Positions 10,251-23,150 of a DNA stretch of 64,000 bases are shown one piece after another (position 1 is the stretch's first letter; every line of letters begins with the position of its first letter). The translations under genes were made by a program, and so were the position numbers. Source of the stretch: Eledone cirrhosa (lineage: Eukaryota); the NCBI GenBank assembly GCA_964016885.1, contig OZ024744.1:27032001-27096000 (forward strand). Reading direction: 5' to 3'. The notes below the pieces were generated by a model. The model did not search any database. It had not been told where the DNA came from and saw nothing but the letters and a program-made list of their open reading frames with translations.

Positions 10251-13200
10251 AGGGACACCAGAAGACTCCACTGTTACGGCTAGGCATCTCAGTGCATGTG
10301 GTGGTAAGAAGGGAGGTAACCTTAGGGACTAGGACACCAGAAGTCTCCACTGTTACGTCTAGGCATCTCAGTGCATGTGGTGGTAAGAAAGCAGGTAACC
10401 TTAGGGCCAGGGACACCAGAAGTCTCCACTGCTACGGCGAGGCATCTCAGTGCATGTGGTGGTAAGAAGGGAGGTAACCTTAGGGCCAGGGACTCCAGAA
10501 GTCTCCACTGTTACGGCTAGGCATATCAGTGCAAGTGGTGGTAAGAAAGGAGGTAACCTTAGGGCCAGGGACACCAGAAGTCTCCACTGCTACGGCTAGG
10601 CATCTCAGTGCATGTGGTGGTAAGAAGGGAGGTAACCTTAGGGCCAGGGACACCAGAAGTCTCCACTGTTACGGCTAGGCATCTCAGTGCATGTGGTGGT
10701 AAGAAGGGAGGTAACATTAGGGCCAGGGACACCAGAAGACTCCACTGTTACGGCTAGGCATCTCAGTGCATGTGGTGGTAAGAGGGGAGGTAACCTTAGG
10801 GCCAGGGACACCAGAAGTCTCCACTGTTACGTCTAGGCATGTCAGTGCATGTGGTGGTAAGAAGGGAGGTAACCTTAGGGCCAGGGACACCAGAAGACTC
10901 CACTGTTACGGCTAGGCATCTCACTTCAGGTGGTGGTAAAAAGGAAGGTAACGTTAGGGCCAAGGACACCAGAAGTCTCCACTGTTACGTCTAGGCATCT
11001 CAGTGCATGTGGTGGTAAGAAAGCAGGTAACCTTAGGGCCAGGGACACCAGAAGTCTCCACTGCTACGGCGAGGCATCTCAGTGCATGTGGTGGTAAGAA
11101 GGGAGGTAACCTTAGGGCCAGGGACTCCAGAAGTCTCCACTGTTACGGCTAGGCATATCAGTGCAAGTGGTGGTAAGAAAGGAGGTAACCTTAGGGCCAG
11201 GGACACCAGAAGTCTCCACTGCTACGGCTAGGCATCTCAGTGCATGTGGTGGTAAGAAGGGAGGTAACCTTAGGGCCAGGGACACCAGAAGTCTCCACTG
11301 TTACGGCTAGGCATCTCAGTGCATGTGGTGGTAAGAAGGGAGGTAACATTAGGGCCAGGGACACCAGAAGACTCCACTGTTACGGCTACGCATCTCAGTG
11401 CATGTGGTGGTAAGAGGGGAGGTAACCTTAGGGCCAGGGACACCAGAAGTCTCCACTGTTACGTCTAGGCATGTCAGTGCATGTGGTGGTAAGAAGGGAG
11501 GTAACCTTAGGGCCAGGGACACCAGAAGACTCCACTGTTACGGCTAGGCATCTCAGTGCATGTGGTGGCAAGAAGGGAGGTAACCTTAGGGCCAGGGACA
11601 CCAGAAGTCTACACTGTTACGGCTAGGCATATCAGTGCATGTGGTGGTAAGAAGGGAGGTAACCTTAGGGCCAGGGACACCAGAAGACTCCACTGTTACG
11701 GCTAGGCATCTCAGTGCATGTGGTGGTAAGAAGGGAGGTGACCTTAGGGCCAGGGACACCAGAAGTCTCCACTGTTACGGCTAGGCATCTCACTTCAGGT
11801 GGTGGTAAAAAGGAAGGTAACGTTAGGGCCAAGGACACCAGAAGTCTCCACTGCTACGGCTAGGCATCTCAGTGCATGTGGTGGTAAGAAGGGAGGTAAC
11901 CTTTGGGCCAAGGACACCAGAAGTCACCACTGCTACGGCTAGACATCTCAGTGCATGTGGTGGTAAGAAGGGAGGTAACCTTAGGGCCAGGGACACCAGA
12001 AGACTCCACTGTTACGGCTAGGAATCTCAGTGCATGTGGTGGTAAGAGGGAGGTAACCTTAGGGCCAGGGACACCAGAAGACTCCACTGTTACGGCTAGG
12101 CATCTCAGTGCATGTGGTGGTAAGAGGGGAGGTAACCTTAGGGCCAGGGACACCAGAAGTCTCCACAGCTGCGGCTAGGCATCTCAGTGCATGTGGTGGT
12201 AAGAAGGGAGGTAAACTTAGGGCCAAGGACACCAGAAGTCACCACTGCTACGGCTAGGCATCTCAGTGCATGTGGTGGTAAGAAGGGAGGTAACATTAGG
12301 GCCAGGGACACCAGAAGACTCCACTGTTACGGCTAGGAATCTCAGTGCATGTGGTGGTAAGAGGGAGGTAACCTTAGGGCCAGGGACACCAGAAGTCTCC
12401 ACTGTTACGGCTAGGCATCTCAGTGCATGTGGTGGTAAGAGGGAGGTAACCTTAGGGCCGGGGACACCAGAAATCACCACTGTTACGGTTAGGCATCTCA
12501 GTGCATGTGGTGGTAAGAAAGGAGGTAACCTTAGTCCAAGGACACCAGAAGTCTCCACTGCTACGGCTAGGCATCTCAGTGCATTTGCTGGTAAGAAGGG
12601 AGGTAACCTTAGGGCCAGGGACACCAGAAGTCACCACTGCTACGGCTAGGCATCTCAGTGCATGTGGTGGTAAGAAGGGAGGTAACCTTAGGGCCAGGGA
12701 CACCAGAAGACTCCAATGTTACGGCTAGGAATCTCAGTGCATGTGGTTGTAAGAGGGAGGTAACCTTAGGGCCAGGGACACCAGAAGTCTCCACTGTTAC
12801 GGCTAGGCATCTCAGTGCATGTGGTCGTAAGAGGGATGTAACCTTAGGGCCAGGGACACCAGAAGTTTCCACTGTTACGGCTAGGCATCTCAGTTCATGT
12901 GGTGGTAAGAAGGGAGGTAACCTTAGGCCAAGGGACACCAGAAGTCACCACTGCTACGGCTAGGCATCTCAGTGCATCTGGTGGTAAGAAGGGAGGTAAC
13001 CTTAGGCCAGGGACACCAGAAGTCTACACTGTTACGGCTAGGCATCTCAGTGCATGTGGTGGTAAGAAGGGAGGTAACCTTAGGGCCAAGGACACCAGAA
13101 GTCTCCACTGTTACGGCTAGGCATCTCAGTGCATGTGGTGGTAAGAAGGGAGGTAACCTTCGGGCCAAGGACACCAGAAGTCTCCACTGTTACGGCTAGG

Positions 13201-16200
13201 CATCTCAGTGCATGTGGTGGTAAGAAGGGAGGTAACCTTAGGGCCAGGGACACCAGAAGACTCCACTGTTACGGCTAGGCATCTCAGTGCATGTGGTGGT
13301 AAGAAGGGAGGTAACCTTAGGGACTAGGACACCAGAAGTCTCCACTGTTACGTCTAGGCATCTCAGTGCATGTGGTGGTAAGAAAGCAGGTAACCTTAGG
13401 GCCAGGGACACCAGAAGTCTCCACTGCTACGGCGAGGCATCTCAGTGCATGTGGTGGTAAGAAGGGAGGTAACCTTAGGGCCAGGGACTCCAGAAGTCTC
13501 CACTGTTACGGCTAGGCATATCAGTGCAAGTGGTGGTAAGAAAGGAGGTAACCTTAGGGCCAGGGACACCAGAAGTCTCCACTGCTACGGCTAGGCATCT
13601 CAGTGCATGTGGTGGTAAGAAGGGAGGTAACCTTAGGGCCAGGGACACCAGAAGTCTCCACTGTTACGGCTAGGCATCTCAGTGCATGTGGTGGTAAGAA
13701 GGGAGGTAACATTAGGGCCAGGGACACCAGAAGACTCCACTGTTACGGCTAGGCATCTCAGTGCATGTGGTGGTAAGAGGGGAGGTAACCTTAGGGCCAG
13801 GGACACCAGAAGTCTCCACTGTTACGTCTAGGCATGTCAGTGCATGTGGTGGTAAGAAGGGAGGTAACCTTAGGGCCAGGGACACCAGAAGACTCCACTG
13901 TTACGGCTAGGCATCTCACTTCAGGTGGTGGTAAAAAGGAAGGTAACGTTAGGGCCAAGGACACCAGAAGTCTCCACTGTTACGTCTAGGCATCTCAGTG
14001 CATGTGGTGGTAAGAAAGCAGGTAACCTTAGGGCCAGGGACACCAGAAGTCTCCACTGCTACGGCGAGGCATCTCAGTGCATGTGGTGGTAAGAAGGGAG
14101 GTAACCTTAGGGCCAGGGACTCCAGAAGTCTCCACTGTTACGGCTAGGCATATCAGTGCAAGTGGTGGTAAGAAAGGAGGTAACCTTAGGGCCAGGGACA
14201 CCAGAAGTCTCCACTGCTACGGCTAGGCATCTCAGTGCATGTGGTGGTAAGAAGGGAGGTAACCTTAGGGCCAGGGACACCAGAAGTCTCCACTGTTACG
14301 GCTAGGCATCTCAGTGCATGTGGTGGTAAGAAGGGAGGTAACATTAGGGCCAGGGACACCAGAAGACTCCACTGTTACGGCTAGGCATCTCAGTGCATGT
14401 GGTGGTAAGAGGGGAGGTAACCTTAGGGCCAGGGACACCAGAAGTCACCACTGTTACGTCTAGGCATGTCAGTGCATGTGGTGGTAAGAAGGGAGGTAAC
14501 CTTAGGGCCAGGGACACCAGAAGACTCCACTGTTACGGCTAGGCATCTCAGTGCATGTGGTGGCAAGAAGGGAGGTAACCTTAGGGCCAGGGACACCAGA
14601 AGTCTACACTGTTACGGCTAGGCATATCAGTGCATGTGGTGGTAAGAAGGGAGGTAACCTTAGGGCCAGGGACACCAGAAGACTCCACTGTTACGGCTAG
14701 GCATCTCAGTGCATGTGGTGGTAAGAAGGGAGGTGACCTTAGGGCCAGGGACACCAGAAGTCTCCACTGTTACGGCTAGGCATCTCACTTCAGGTGGTGG
14801 TAAAAAGGAAGGTAACGTTAGGGCCAAGGACACCAGAAGTCTCCACAGCTGCGGCTAGGCATCTCAGTGCATGTGGTGGTAAGAAGGGAGGTAAACTTAG
14901 GGCCAAGGACACCAGAAGTCTCCACTGCTACGGCTAGGCATCTCAGTGCATGTGGTGGTAAGAAGGGAGGTAACCTTAGGTCCAGGGACAGCAGAAGTCT
15001 CCACTGCTACGGCTAGGCATCTCAGTGCATGTGGTGGTAAGAAGGGAAGGAACCTTAGGGCCAGGGACACCAGAAGTCTCCACTGTTACGGCTAGGCATC
15101 TCAGTGCATGTGGTGGTAAGAAGGGAGGGAACCTTAGGGCCAGGGACACCAGAAGTCTCCACTGTTACGGCTAGGCATCTCAGTGCATGTGGTGGTAACA
15201 AGGGAGGGAACCTTAGGGCCAGGCACATCAGAAGTCTCCACTGTTACGGCTAGGCATCTCAGTGCATGTGGTGGTAAGAAGGGAGGTAACCTTAGGGCCA
15301 GGGACACCAGAAGTCTCCAGTGTTCCGGCTAGGCATCTCAGTGCATGTGGTGGTAAAAAGGGAGGTAACCTTAGGGCCAAGGACACGAGAAGTTTCCACT
15401 GCTACGGCTAGGCATCTCAGTGCATGTGGTGGTAAGAAGGGAGGTAACCTTTGGGCCAAGGACACCAGAAGTCACCACTGCTACGGCTAGGCATCTCAGT
15501 GCATGTGGTGGTAAGAAGGGAGGTAACATTAGGGCCAGGGACACCAGAAGACTCCACTGTTACGGCTAGGAATCTCAGTGCATGTGGTGGTAAGAGGGAG
15601 GTAACCTTAGGGCCAGGGACACCAGAAGTCTCCACTGTTACGGCTAGGCATCTCAGTGCATGTGGTGGTAAGAGGGAGGTAACCTTAGGGCCGGGGACAC
15701 CAGAAATCACCACTGTTACGGTTAGGCATCTCAGTGCATGTGGTGGTAAGAAAGGAGGTAACCTTAGTCCAAGGACACCAGAAGTCTCCACTGCTACGGC
15801 TAGGCATCTCAGTGCATTTGCTGGTAAGAAGGGAGGTAACCTTAGGGCCAGGGACACCAGAAGTCACCACTGCTACGGCTAGGCATCTCAGTGCATGTGG
15901 TGGTAAGAAGGGAGGTAACCTTAGGGCCAGGGACACCAGAAGACTCCAATGTTACGGCTAGGAATCTCAGTGCATGTGGTTGTAAGAGGGAGGTAACCTT
16001 AGGGCCAGGGACACCAGAAGTCTCCACTGTTACGGCTAGGCATCTCAGTGCATGTGGTCGTAAGAGGGATGTAACCTTAGGGCCAGGGACACCAGAAGTT
16101 TCCACTGTTACGGCTAGGCATCTCAGTTCATGTGGTGGTAAGAAGGGAGGTAACCTTAGGCCAAGGACACCAGAAGTCACCACTGCTACGGCTAGGCATC

Positions 16201-19200
16201 TCAGTGCATCTGGTGGTAAGAAGGGAGGTAACCTTAGGCCAGGGACACCAGAAGTCTACACTGTTACGGCTAGGCATCTCAGTGCATGTGGTGGTAAGAA
16301 GGGAGGTAACCTTAGGGCCAAGGACACCAGAAGTCTCCACTGTTACGGCTAGGCATCTCAGTGCATGTGGTGGTAAGAAGGGAGGTAACCTTCGGGCCAA
16401 GGACACCAGAAGTCTCCACTGTTACGGCTAGGCATCTCAGTGCATGTGGTGGTAAGAAGGGAGGTAACCTTAGGGCCAGGGACACCAGAAGACTCCACTG
16501 TTACGGCTAGGCATCTCAGTGCATGTGGTGGTAAGAAGGGAGGTAACCTTAGGGACTAGGACACCAGAAGTCTCCACTGTTACGTCTAGGCATCTCAGTG
16601 CATGTGGTGGTAAGAAAGCAGGTAACCTTAGGGCCAGGGACACCAGAAGTCTCCACTGCTACGGCGAGGCATCTCAGTGCATGTGGTGGTAAGAAGGGAG
16701 GTAACCTTAGGGCCAGGGACTCCAGAAGTCTCCACTGTTACGGCTAGGCATATCAGTGCAAGTGGTGGTAAGAAAGGAGGTAATCTTAGGGCCAGGGACA
16801 CCAGAAGTCTCCACTGCTACGGCTAGGCATCTCAGTGCATGTAGTGGTAAGAAGGGAGGTAACCTTAGGGCCAGGGACACCAGAAGTCTCCACTGTTACG
16901 GCTAGGCATCTCAGTGCATGTGGTGGTAAGAAGGGAGGTAACATTAGGGCCAGGGACACCAGAAGACTCCACTGTTACGGCTAGGCATCTCAGTGCATGT
17001 GGTGGTAAGAGGGGAGGTAACCTTAGGGCCAGGGACACCAGAAGTCTCCACTGTTACGTCTAGGCATGTCAGTGCATGTGGTGGTAAGAAAGGAGGTAAC
17101 CTTAGGGCCAAGGACACCAGAAGTCTCCACTGCTACGGCTAGGCATCTCAGTGCATGTGGTGGTAAGAAGGGAAGGAACCTCAGGGCCAGGGACACCAGA
17201 AGTCTCCACTGTTACGGCTAGGCATCTCAGTGCATGTGGTGGTAAGAAGGGAGGGAACCTTAGGGCCAGGGACACCGGAAGTCTCCACTGTTACGGCTAG
17301 GCATCTCAGTGCATGTGGTGTTAAGAAGGGAGGGAACCTTACGGCCAGGCACATCAGAAGTCTCCACTGCTACGGCTAGGCATCTCAGTGCATGTGGTGG
17401 TAAGAAAGCAGGTAACCTTAGGGCCAGGGACACCAGAAGTCTCCACTGCTACGGCGAGGCATCTCAGTGCATGTGGTGGTAAGAAGGGAGGTAACCTTAG
17501 GGCCAGGGACTCCAGAAGTCTCCACTGTTACGGCTAGGCATATCAGTGCAAGTGGTGGTAAGAAAGGAGGTAACCTTAGGGCCAGGGACACCAGAAGTCT
17601 CCACTGCTACGGCTAGGCATCTCAGTGCATGTGGTGGTAAGAAGGGAGGTAACCTTAGGGCCAGGGACACCAGAAGTCTCCACTGTTACGGCTAGGCATC
17701 TCAGTGCATGTGGTGGTAAGAAGGGAGGTAACATTAGGGCCAGGGACACCAGAAGACTCCACTGTTACGGCTAGGCATCTCAGTGCATGTGGTGGTAAGA
17801 GGGGAGGTAACCTTAGGGCCAGGGACACCAGAAGTCACCACTGTTACGTCTAGGCATGTCAGTGCATGTGGTGGTAAGAAGGGAGGTAACCTTAGGGCCA
17901 GGGACACCAGAAGACTCCACTGTTACGGCTAGGCATCTCAGTGCATGTGGTGGCAAGAAGGGAGGTAACCTTAGGGCCAGGGACACCAGAAGTCTACACT
18001 GTTACGGCTAGGCATATCAGTGCATGTGGTGGTAAGAAGGGAGGTAACCTTAGGGCCAGGGACACCAGAAGACTCCACTGTTACGGCTAGGCATCTCAGT
18101 GCATGTGGTGGTAAGAAGGGAGGTGACCTTAGGGCCAGGGACACCAGAAGTCTCCACTGTTACGGCTAGGCATCTCACTTCAGGTGGTGGTAAAAAGGAA
18201 GGTAACGTTAGGGCCAAGGACACCAGAAGTCTCCACAGCTGCGGCTAGGCATCTCAGTGCATGTGGTGGTAAGAAGGGAGGTAAACTTAGGGCCAAGGAC
18301 ACCAGAAGTCTCCACTGCTACGGCTAGGCATCTCAGTGCATGTGGTGGTAAGAAGGGAGGTAACCTTAGGTCCAGGGACAGCAGAAGTCTCCACTGCTAC
18401 GGCTAGGCATCTCAGTGCATGTGGTGGTAAGAAGGGAAGGAACCTTAGGGCCAGGGACACCAGAAGTCTCCACTGTTACGGCTAGGCATCTCAGTGCATG
18501 TGGTGGTAAGAAGGGAGGGAACCTTAGGGCCAGGGACACCAGAAGTCTCCACTGTTACGGCTAGGCATCTCAGTGCATGTGGTGGTAACAAGGGAGGGAA
18601 CCTTAGGGCCAGGCACATCAGAAGTCTCCACTGTTACGGCTAGGCATCTCAGTGCATGTGGTGGTAAGAAGGGAGGTAACCTTAGGGCCAGGGACACCAG
18701 AAGTCTCCAGTGTTCCGGCTAGGCATCTCAGTGCATGTGGTGGTAAAAAGGGAGGTAACCTTAGGGCCAAGGACACGAGAAGTCTCCACTGCTACGGCTA
18801 GGCATCTCAGTGCATGTGGTGGTAAGAAGGGAGGTAACCTTTGGGCCAAGGACACCAGAAGTCACCACTGCTACGGCTAGGCATCTCAGTGCATGTGGTG
18901 GTAAGAAGGGAGGTAACATTAGGGCCAGGGACACCAGAAGACTCCACTGTTACGGCTAGGAATCTCAGTGCATGTGGTGGTAAGAGGGAGGTAACCTTAG
19001 GGCCAGGGACACCAGAAGTCTCCACTGTTACGGCTAGGCATCTCAGTGCATGTGGTGGTAAGAGGGAGGTAACCTTAGGGCCGGGGACACCAGAAATCAC
19101 CACTGTTACGGTTAGGCATCTCAGTGCATGTGGTGGTAAGAAAGGAGGTAACCTTAGTCCAAGGACACCAGAAGTCTCCACTGCTACGGCTAGGCATCTC

Positions 19201-22200
19201 AGTGCATTTGCTGGTAAGAAGGGAGGTAACCTTAGGGCCAGGGACACCAGAAGTCACCACTGCTACGGCTAGGCATCTCAGTGCATGTGGTGGTAAGAAG
19301 GGAGGTAACCTTAGGGCCAGGGACACCAGAAGACTCCAATGTTACGGCTAGGAATCTCAGTGCATGTGGTTGTAAGAGGGAGGTAACCTTAGGGCCAGGG
19401 ACACCAGAAGTCTCCACTGTTACGGCTAGGCATCTCAGTGCATGTGGTCGTAAGAGGGATGTAACCTTAGGGCCAGGGACACCAGAAGTTTCCACTGTTA
19501 CGGCTAGGCATCTCAGTTCATGTGGTGGTAAGAAGGGAGGTAACCTTAGGCCAAGGACACCAGAAGTCACCACTGCTACGGCTAGGCATCTCAGTGCATC
19601 TGGTGGTAAGAAGGGAGGTAACCTTAGGCCAGGGACACCAGAAGTCTACACTGTTACGGCTAGGCATCTCAGTGCATGTGGTGGTAAGAAGGGAGGTAAC
19701 CTTAGGGCCAAGGACACCAGAAGTCTCCACTGTTACGGCTAGGCATCTCAGTGCATGTGGTGGTAAGAAGGGAGGTAACCTTCGGGCCAAGGACACCAGA
19801 AGTCTCCACTGTTACGGCTAGGCATCTCAGTGCATGTGGTGGTAAGAAGGGAGGTAACCTTAGGGCCAGGGACACCAGAAGACTCCACTGTTACGGCTAG
19901 GCATCTCAGTGCATGTGGTGGTAAGAAGGGAGGTAACCTTAGGGACTAGGACACCAGAAGTCTCCACTGTTACGTCTAGGCATCTCAGTGCATGTGGTGG
20001 TAAGAAAGCAGGTAACCTTAGGGCCAGGGACACCAGAAGTCTCCACTGCTACGGCGAGGCATCTCAGTGCATGTGGTGGTAAGAAGGGAGGTAACCTTAG
20101 GGCCAGGGACTCCAGAAGTCTCCACTGTTACGGCTAGGCATATCAGTGCAAGTGGTGGTAAGAAAGGAGGTAATCTTAGGGCCAGGGACACCAGAAGTCT
20201 CCACTGCTACGGCTAGGCATCTCAGTGCATGTAGTGGTAAGAAGGGAGGTAACCTTAGGGCCAGGGACACCAGAAGTCTCCACTGTTACGGCTAGGCATC
20301 TCAGTGCATGTGGTGGTAAGAAGGGAGGTAACATTAGGGCCAGGGACACCAGAAGACTCCACTGTTACGGCTAGGCATCTCAGTGCATGTGGTGGTAAGA
20401 GGGGAGGTAACCTTAGGGCCAGGGACACCAGAAGTCTCCACTGTTACGTCTAGGCATGTCAGTGCATGTGGTGGTAAGAAAGGAGGTAACCTTAGGGCCA
20501 AGGACACCAGAAGTCTCCACTGCTACGGCTAGGCATCTCAGTGCATGTGGTGGTAAGAAGGGAAGGAACCTCAGGGCCAGGGACACCAGAAGTCTCCACT
20601 GTTACGGCTAGGCATCTCAGTGCATGTGGTGGTAAGAAGGGAGGGAACCTTAGGGCCAGGGACACCGGAAGTCTCCACTGTTACGGCTAGGCATCTCAGT
20701 GCATGTGGTGTTAAGAAGGGAGGGAACCTTACGGCCAGGCACATCAGAAGTCTCCACTGCTACGGCTAGGCATCTCAGTGCATGTGGTGGTAAGAAAGGA
20801 GGTAACCTTAGGTCCAGGGACACCAGAAGTCTCCACTGTTACGGCTAGGCATCTAAGTGCATTTGGTGGTAAGAAGGGAGGGAACCTTAGGGCCAAGGAC
20901 ACCAGAAGTCTCCACTGCTACGGCTAGGCATCTCAGTGCATGTGGTGGTAAGAAGGGAGGTAACCTTAGGGCCAGGGACAGCAGAAGTCTCCACTGCTAC
21001 GGCTAGGCATCTCAGTGCATGTGGTGGCAAGAAGGGAGGTAACCTTAGGGCCAGGGACACCAGAAGTCTACACTGTTACGGCTAGGCATATCAGTGCATG
21101 TGGTGGTAAGAAGGGAGGTAACCTTAGGGCCAGGGACACCAGAAGACTCCACTGTTACGGCTAGGCATCTCAGTGCATGTGGTGGTAAGAAGGGAGGTGA
21201 CCTTAGGGCCAGGGACACCAGAAGTCTCCACTGTTACGGCTAGGCATCTCACTTCAGGTGGTGGTAAAAAGGAAGGTAACGTTAGGGCCAAGGACACCAG
21301 AAGTCTCCACTGCTACGGCTAGGCATCTCAGTGCATGTGGTGGTAAGAAGGGAGGTAACCTTTGGGCCAAGGACACCAGAAGTCACCACTGCTACGGCTA
21401 GGCATCTCAGTGCATGTGGTGGTAAGAAGGGAGGTAACCTTAGGGCCAGGGACACCAGAAGACTCCACTGTTACGGCTAGGAATCTCAGTGCATGTGGTG
21501 GTAAGAGGGAGGTAACCTTAGGGCCAGGGACACCAGAAGACTCCACTGTTACGGCTAGGCATCTCAGTGCATGTGGTGGTAAGAGGGGAGGTAACCTTAG
21601 GGCCAGGGACACCAGAAGTCTCCACTGTTACGGCTAGGCATGTCAGTGCATGTGGTGGTAAGAAAGGAGGTAACCTTAGGGCCAGGGACACCAGAAGTCT
21701 CCACAGCTGCGGCTAGGCATCTCAGTGCATGTGGTGGTAAGAAGGGAGGTAAACTTAGGGCCAAGGACACCAGAAGTCTCCACTGCTACGGCTAGGCATC
21801 TCAGTGCATGTGGTGGTAAGAAGGGAGGTAACCTTAGGTCCAGGGACAGCAGAAGTCTCCACTGCTACGGCTAGGCATCTCAGTGCATGTGGTGGTAAGA
21901 AGGGAAGGAACCTTAGGGCCAGGGACACCAGAAGTCTCCACTGTTACGGCTAGGAATCTCAGTGCATGTGGTGGTAAGAAGGGAGGGAACCTTAGGGCCA
22001 GGGACACCAGAAGTCTCCACTCTTACGGCTAGGCATCTCAGTGCATGTGGTGGTAACAAGGGAGGGAACCTTAGGGCCAGGCACATCAGAAGTCTCCACT
22101 GTTACGGCTAGGCATCTCAGTGCATGTGGTGGTAAGAAGGGAGGTAACCTTAGGGCCAGGGACACCAGAAGTCTCCAGTGTTCCGGCTAGGCATCTCAGT

Positions 22201-23150
22201 GCATGTGGTGGTAAAAAGGGAGGTAACCTTAGGGCCAAGGACACGAGAAGTCTCCACTGCTACGGCTAGGCATCTCAGTGCATGTGGTGGTAAGAAGGGA
22301 GGTAACCTTTGGGCCAAGGACACCAGAAGTCACCACTGCTACGGCTAGGCATCTCAGTGCATGTGGTGGTAAGAAGGGAGGTAACATTAGGGCCAGGGAC
22401 ACCAGAAGACTCCACTGTTACGGCTAGGAATCTCAGTGCATGTGGTGGTAAGAGGGAGGTAACCTTAGGGCCAGGGACACCAGAAGTCTCCACTGTTACG
22501 GCTAGGCATCTCAGTGCATGTGGTGGTAAGAGGGAGGTAACCTTAGGGCCGGGGACACCAGAAATCACCACTGTTACGGTTAGGCATCTCAGTGCATGTG
22601 GTGGTAAGAAAGGAGGTAACCTTAGTCCAAGGACACCAGAAGTCTCCACTGCTACGGCTAGGCATCTCAGTGCATTTGCTGGTAAGAAGGCAGGTAACCT
22701 TAGGGCCAGGGACACCAGAAGTCACCACTGCTACGGCTAGGCATCTCAGTGCATGTGGTGGTAAGAAGGGAGGTAACCTTAGGGCCAGGGACACCAGAAG
22801 ACTCCAATGTTACGGCTAGGAATCTCAGTGCATGTGGTTGTAAGAGGGAGGTAACCTTAGGGCCAGGGACACCAGAAGTCTCCACTGTTACGGCTAGGCA
22901 TCTCAGTGCATGTGGTCGTAAGAGGGATGTAACCTTAGGGCCAGGGACACCAGAAGTTTCCACTGTTACGGCTAGGCATCTCAGTTCATGTGGTGGTAAG
23001 AAGGGAGGTAACCTTAGGCCAAGGACACCAGAAGTCACCACTGCTACGGCTAGGCATCTCAGTGCATCTGGTGGTAAGAAGGGAGGTAACCTTAGGTCAG
23101 GGACACCAGAAGTCTACACTGTTACGGCTAGGCATGTCAGTGCATGTGGT
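10250..23150. repeat. Variable-length HOR units of domain A (38, 41, 43 and 44 monomers) built from the same variant cassettes
   Basis: The 78-mer-rich cassette recurs with marker ORFs at 9458, 12452, 15685, 19075 and 22543. The spacings are 2994, 3233, 3390 and 3468 bp. Confidence 0.85.
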
